Of a DNA stretch of 38,698 nt, positions 35,051 through 38,698 are shown piece after piece (positions within the stretch are counted from its first letter, which is position 1; each line of letters starts with the position of its first letter). Source of the stretch: a virus (Duplodnaviria; Caudoviricetes); IMG/VR virus record IMGVR_UViG_3300017548_000074, positions 1 to 38,698 of that record, one strand, 5' to 3'. The position numbers were made by a program, and so were the translations under genes. The notes under the pieces are model-generated. The model did not search any database and was not told the DNA's origin. It was given only the letters and a program-made list of their open reading frames with translations.

Positions 35051-35053
35051 TTT

Positions 35054-35068
35054 GTTCTCCTTCTGTTC
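35054..35068 (-). promoter_or_regulatory. Alphaproteobacterial LexA (SOS) box GTTC-N7-GTTC
   Basis: GTTC-TCCTTCT-GTTC overlapping the RBS of 34820-35050. Confidence 0.8.
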
Positions 35069-35117
35069 CTACACAGAAAGCAGAACATGCGAGGGGAGTC
35101 GAGTCGAATTTTTGCGT

Positions 35118-35196
35118 CGGTTTTTGAACCTGTTGTTTCGTAATCGGTTTTTAGACCGCGACGGCAGTTGACTACGGTTTAAAAACCGATTAGGGT
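35118..35196 (+). promoter_or_regulatory. OL operators and PL promoter (TTGACT-N17-TAGGGT)
   Basis: CGGTTTTTGAACCT 35118, CGGTTTTTAGACCG 35145, CGGTTTAAAAACCG 35175; -35 at 35168, -10 at 35191. Confidence 0.82.
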
Positions 35197-35232
35197 TAAC
35201 GCCGAGAATACAAACAGCCTTCGGAGATCGAC

Positions 35233-35571
35233 ATGACTACGAACGACGCCACGCGGGCGAGCGCTGGAGCTTTGCCTGCACTAAACCGCCGCAACTTCAT
35301 CAGCACCATGGGGGCAGGCGCTTTGGCAACTGCTGCGACATCCGCTGTCGCCGCAGAAGCTGCCACGCAAGAGCATCCGTGGGAGGAAGCCCGTCGTCTT
35401 GCCGACGAACTCGCGGAAGCTCTGGAGAAGGGTGACGGGTGCTTCAGCGGGCCGGGAGGCCGCTGGTACGCCCAGATATATCCGATGAGCCGCGGCGACT
35501 ACACGGTGATGTTCGTCAACATCAAGAGCGCGGAAGGGGCGACCACAACCAACTCGGGAGTTCCGGCATGA
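35233..35571 (+). CDS. Hypothetical protein with a twin-arginine-like signal
   Basis: LNRRNFI followed by an Ala-rich h-region and AVA-A. Confidence 0.7.
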   Translation: MTTNDATRASAGALPALNRRNFISTMGAGALATAATSAVAAEAATQEHPWEEARRLADELAEALEKGDGCFSGPGGRWYAQIYPMSRGDYTVMFVNIKSAEGATTTNSGVPA

Positions 35572-35762
35572 GCGCCGCTTACGTTCCGGACAGCATGGAA
35601 GGTGGCCTTCGCCACCTGAACGACCTCATTAGCATCATCTGTGAAGTCCAGTTCGAATTGCCGACAGGGACCTTTGATGAACGGATCAACGGTCTTCTTT
35701 GGATCGCCCGCGATTTGACTGAAGGTCTGTACGAGAAGCACTTGGGGGAGGAGCAGTCATGA
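35568..35762 (+). CDS. Hypothetical protein (MSAAYVPDSM...)
   Basis: ATGA coupling at both ends, GGGAG RBS. Confidence 0.65.
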   Translation: MSAAYVPDSMEGGLRHLNDLISIICEVQFELPTGTFDERINGLLWIARDLTEGLYEKHLGEEQS

Positions 35763-36250
35763 GGCACCTCAACACGCTCCCGGTGCAGCCCGAGTACAGG
35801 GCGCTGATGATGTACGACACGTTGCCGGCCGGGTGCATCGCTGTCCAGTGCACCGACAACTACAGCTATCCGCATATCCGGCCGGGCGAGCACGTCGTAG
35901 TGGACACTGCCGATCGAGCCCCGCGACACCTCGAACTGTACGTGATCGAGTGGTCGAACGGCCGGAGGGTCATTTGCCAAGCGAGGAATACCGGGAGGAA
36001 GGCCAAGGATCGTCCGGATGAGATGCTCTGGTCAGTCGGCTCTCTGCAAGCAGTTCGGGGACGGGCGGCGATCGAAAGCTATCTGGATCGCATAGCCGCC
36101 GAAACGCCCGGCGGCGGCATTCCAGTCATTCGCGGCCTTGGCTGGGCTGAAGGCTGGTGGATCGCAGATGGCCTGGCGAAGAAGCTCGTCGGATGCGTCG
36201 TCGGCCTGTACGCGTCTGGCTTCGAAGAGCCGAGGAAATCTCGACCATGA
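35759..36250 (+). CDS. Degenerate S24/S26-like domain protein
   Basis: CTDNYSYPHIRPGEHVVVD...LYVIEW...VGCVVG resembles the LexA/CI C-terminal fold without the catalytic Ser/Lys. Confidence 0.55.
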   Translation: MRHLNTLPVQPEYRALMMYDTLPAGCIAVQCTDNYSYPHIRPGEHVVVDTADRAPRHLELYVIEWSNGRRVICQARNTGRKAKDRPDEMLWSVGSLQAVRGRAAIESYLDRIAAETPGGGIPVIRGLGWAEGWWIADGLAKKLVGCVVGLYASGFEEPRKSRP

Positions 36251-36573
36251 GCGTTCATCCCGATGCCGAGCTGCAACGACTTGGTCGCGATCTGGAACTG
36301 CTGCTGCGGGCTGATGCGGTCCTCAGCGAGTGCAACGATTACGACAGTCGCCATTCTGCGCACGCCCGCGCAGTGAAGGTCATGAGGGCAATCCATCGCC
36401 TCCAGCCTTCGACATTCGAGGGCGTGGCCGTCAAGCTTCGCGCCCTTTGCTTCGATTTCGCTGATTTTGACCGGTCGAAGCTGACCCTGAAGGACGGCGA
36501 CGTGGCTGAGCAGCAGCTGGGGCGTCTGATGATGCACGTCCATCAGATGGCTAAACGGAGGGCGCGGTCATGA
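36247..36573 (+). CDS. Hypothetical protein (MSVHPDAEL...)
   Basis: ATGA coupling; PSTFEGVAVKLRA motif. Confidence 0.65.
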   Translation: MSVHPDAELQRLGRDLELLLRADAVLSECNDYDSRHSAHARAVKVMRAIHRLQPSTFEGVAVKLRALCFDFADFDRSKLTLKDGDVAEQQLGRLMMHVHQMAKRRARS

Positions 36574-36827
36574 GCCGCTTCATCAACCAGCGCGACATGT
36601 CCGCACTCGAAGTGTACCGCTGCTGCTCAGAGGCGAGGGCGATCCTGAACCTCTGCCACGCAGCGGCCTGGACGATCCAGAACACGGACAGTCAGCACGC
36701 GATCAAACAACTTGCCGACGACATCGGTGAGGCGACCCGGCTCGCGTCCGAGCTTCTGGATCAGGTCTCGGACGCCATCGAGCGGCATGAGGGCGGTGCG
36801 GTCCATGCGGCGGGAGGCGCCACATGA
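36570..36827 (+). CDS. Hypothetical helical protein
   Basis: Coupled ORF with GGAGGG RBS. Confidence 0.65.
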   Translation: MSRFINQRDMSALEVYRCCSEARAILNLCHAAAWTIQNTDSQHAIKQLADDIGEATRLASELLDQVSDAIERHEGGAVHAAGGAT

Positions 36828-37036
36828 GGCTCCTTCGCGGCATTCTGGCCCTCTACCACGCGTGGCGCGCTGATCGTCACCGTCTGTATCGGCGCCACGT
36901 CGCGGCACGGCTGTTCGTAGCGTCCGGGCGCCGGCCTACGCAGGCTTGCCCGGCCGGCTCGATCCTGCTCGCCTGCATCGTCGGCATGGCGATCTGCACG
37001 GTTTGGATCGCCATCACTTGGGGAGCGGCACCATGA
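36824..37036 (+). CDS. Small protein with C-terminal TM helix
   Basis: Coupled ORF, GGGAGG RBS. Confidence 0.55.
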   Translation: MRLLRGILALYHAWRADRHRLYRRHVAARLFVASGRRPTQACPAGSILLACIVGMAICTVWIAITWGAAP

Positions 37037-37329
37037 AGCGTTCCGACCTCCCCCTGCGGCTGGACGATCTGCCGATATTTGCGACCGACGATCAGATCGC
37101 GGAGGCCATCGTCGGTAAGCATGCTGCTGAAAAATGGAAGCGGGAACGCCTGCCGACACTTGCCAGCAAACCGGGTTTCCCGCCTATTGATGCGTTCCAC
37201 GGCGGACGGCCGGTCAAGTTGGTTGCCCGCTTTTATGAAGAGTACCTTGGAACTGGCGCCGGCAGTGCCATTGCGCCGCGTGGTGTAGAGGATCGGTCAG
37301 CATGGAAACCGTCAAGGCGCCGGGCCTGA
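37033..37329 (+). CDS. Excisionase/recombination directionality factor-like protein
   Basis: Overlaps the integrase start; winged-HTH-like IAEAIVG...GFPPIDAFHGGRPVKLVARFY. Confidence 0.65.
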   Translation: MKRSDLPLRLDDLPIFATDDQIAEAIVGKHAAEKWKRERLPTLASKPGFPPIDAFHGGRPVKLVARFYEEYLGTGAGSAIAPRGVEDRSAWKPSRRRA

Positions 37330-38531
37330 AATGGCGCAAGCTCGCTTCTGGTCTGTCACCAATCTGGGTGGCGGACGAGACCGACGTTAAGAACGGCTAC
37401 CAACCGAAAACCGTCAATTTGAAGCACTTGACCGATCAGCCGGATATGCTGGTCGCCAAGTGTCACGCGCTTCAGGCGGACATGATTCTATGGCGAACGG
37501 GCTACCGGCGCGACCTGCTGAAGTTCGATGGCACCATCCGTTCGCTGCTCGATGTTTACGAGTTGCATGAGCGGAGCACGTATCGGAAACTCAAACCGGC
37601 CTCCCGGCGTCCATACAATCACTACCTCAAGAGCCTTCGAGGGCACATCGGCGCCATTCGCGTCGGTGACATCACCGGCGTCGATATTCTCGACTGGCAT
37701 GATGTCTGGTCCGAAGGCGGCAAACATCTCGCGGCCGCCGCGATGGCGCGGTCGGTACTGGACGCTGCAATCAGCTTCGGCATCCTGTTGAGGTTCACCG
37801 GATGTCCGGATTTATCGGTGATACTTCGGGAAACCCGCAAGAAGCTGCCCGGCCCCAGATCGCGCGACACGGCTATGACGGCGGAAGACGTTGTTCGGCT
37901 TCGGCAAGCCGCCCACGCTCGCGGGGAGCCCACAATGGCGCTGGCCTACGCCATGGCCTTTGAAACCATCCTGCGGCTGTGGGATGTCGTAGGCCAGTGG
38001 GTTCCGCTGGATACTCCGGGTGTCTCGGACGTGATCGACGCGGATCGGCAAGAGAAGTGGCACGGCCTGCGATGGGAGGACATCGACACCAATCTCTTAC
38101 TGGAATACACGCCGTCCAAGACAGCCGACACGACGGGCAAGGCAATGGTCTATCCCCTGACGAAGGCGCCCATGGTGCTTGAGGAACTGGCTCACTGGCC
38201 GGTCGAGAAGCGGACAGGACCTGTTATTGTGGCACCCACGACGGGACTGCCATACCAAGAGCAGAACTGGCGGAAGCGCTTCAACAAAGACCGCAAGGCG
38301 GCCGGGATCGCCACCAACATCTGGGCACGTGATCTTCGCGCTTCGGGGATTACCGAGGGCCGAGGCTACAATGTCTCGATCGACGACGCGGGAAAGGTTG
38401 CAGGCCACACCGGCACGCGCACGACAAAGAGGGTCTATGACCGTGCTGTATTGGAGGCCGCCGATCGCTTCGCTGAAGCTCGCATCAAGGGCCGTGAACG
38501 GAGCGGTAACAGCGGCGGTAACGTGCGGTAA
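37302..38531 (+). CDS. int: Tyrosine recombinase (phage integrase)
   Basis: ETILR (R1), PSKT (K), RDLRASG (R2), AGH and RVYDR (Y) catalytic pattern. Confidence 0.92.
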   Translation: METVKAPGLKWRKLASGLSPIWVADETDVKNGYQPKTVNLKHLTDQPDMLVAKCHALQADMILWRTGYRRDLLKFDGTIRSLLDVYELHERSTYRKLKPASRRPYNHYLKSLRGHIGAIRVGDITGVDILDWHDVWSEGGKHLAAAAMARSVLDAAISFGILLRFTGCPDLSVILRETRKKLPGPRSRDTAMTAEDVVRLRQAAHARGEPTMALAYAMAFETILRLWDVVGQWVPLDTPGVSDVIDADRQEKWHGLRWEDIDTNLLLEYTPSKTADTTGKAMVYPLTKAPMVLEELAHWPVEKRTGPVIVAPTTGLPYQEQNWRKRFNKDRKAAGIATNIWARDLRASGITEGRGYNVSIDDAGKVAGHTGTRTTKRVYDRAVLEAADRFAEARIKGRERSGNSGGNVR

Positions 38532-38532
38532 C
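38503..38532 (+). repeat. Three GCGGTAAC direct repeats, probable integrase arm-type sites
   Basis: Copies at 38503, 38515 and 38525 spanning the integrase stop. Confidence 0.6.
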
Positions 38533-38580
38533 GCGCGCCCGATTTCTTAAGTGAAATTAACCTCTTCGACGCTCCCATGG

Positions 38581-38596
38581 TTAATGCCGCCTTAAC
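38581..38596 (+). promoter_or_regulatory. CtrA-type box TTAA-N7-TTAAC, overlapping the candidate att core
   Basis: TTAA-TGCCGCC-TTAAC. Confidence 0.5.
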
Positions 38597-38698
38597 CTTC
38601 CCCGCCTAGGCTTGGCCCGACTGGCAGGCTGCTCCCCGGAGCGGCCGTCTTGGGTTGACGGGGTAGACACATGCGTTCTGGCTATTCGCCGACAATGA

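Larger units (their letters stand above)
794..38593. mobile_element. Temperate HK97-capsid siphovirus-like prophage, apparently complete; ends tentative
   Basis: Complete lambdoid gene order from integrase to lysis cassette with no obvious broken genes; ends taken from a 10-bp direct repeat ATGCCGCCTT at 794-803 and 38584-38593 (unproven). Confidence 0.9.

Noticed and set aside
38532-38698. tRNA or tmRNA integration target next to the integrase
   Set aside because: No cloverleaf or T-loop GTTCGA-type motif is visible at either prophage end.

Overview
The window holds an apparently intact ~37.8 kb temperate siphovirus-type prophage in a high-GC host, most likely an alphaproteobacterium (Rhizobiales-like, judged from an alpha-type LexA box and a CtrA-type box). 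A VIT1/CCC1 metal-transporter gene lies at the left edge. From right to left it carries: a tyrosine integrase and excisionase-like gene at the end of a rightward early operon; a CI/Cro switch with six CGGTT-N4-AACCG operators; a LexA-boxed two-gene operon; a replication block (ParB-like, SF2 helicase, TOPRIM primase, iteron-containing initiator); a NusG-paralogue late regulator; HNH/terminase/portal/protease/HK97 capsid genes; tail genes with a -1 frameshift chaperone; and a holin/SAR-endolysin/spanin cassette. The most unusual signals are mostly absent from the supplied ORF track. (1) A late promoter just after the NusG paralogue is followed by a structured leader and an ops-like 12-mer (GGCGAAGCTTTG). 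(2) An antisense module inserted in that leader has twin palindromic operators, a 21-aa cationic beta-hairpin-like peptide whose perfect Shine-Dalgarno is sequestered by a downstream anti-SD, and an Xre regulator. (3) A moron encodes a DnaJ-type zinc-finger mini-protein, a multi-hairpin candidate sRNA and a retropepsin-like protease, with a duplicated promoter. All calls were made by eye, with no database searches.
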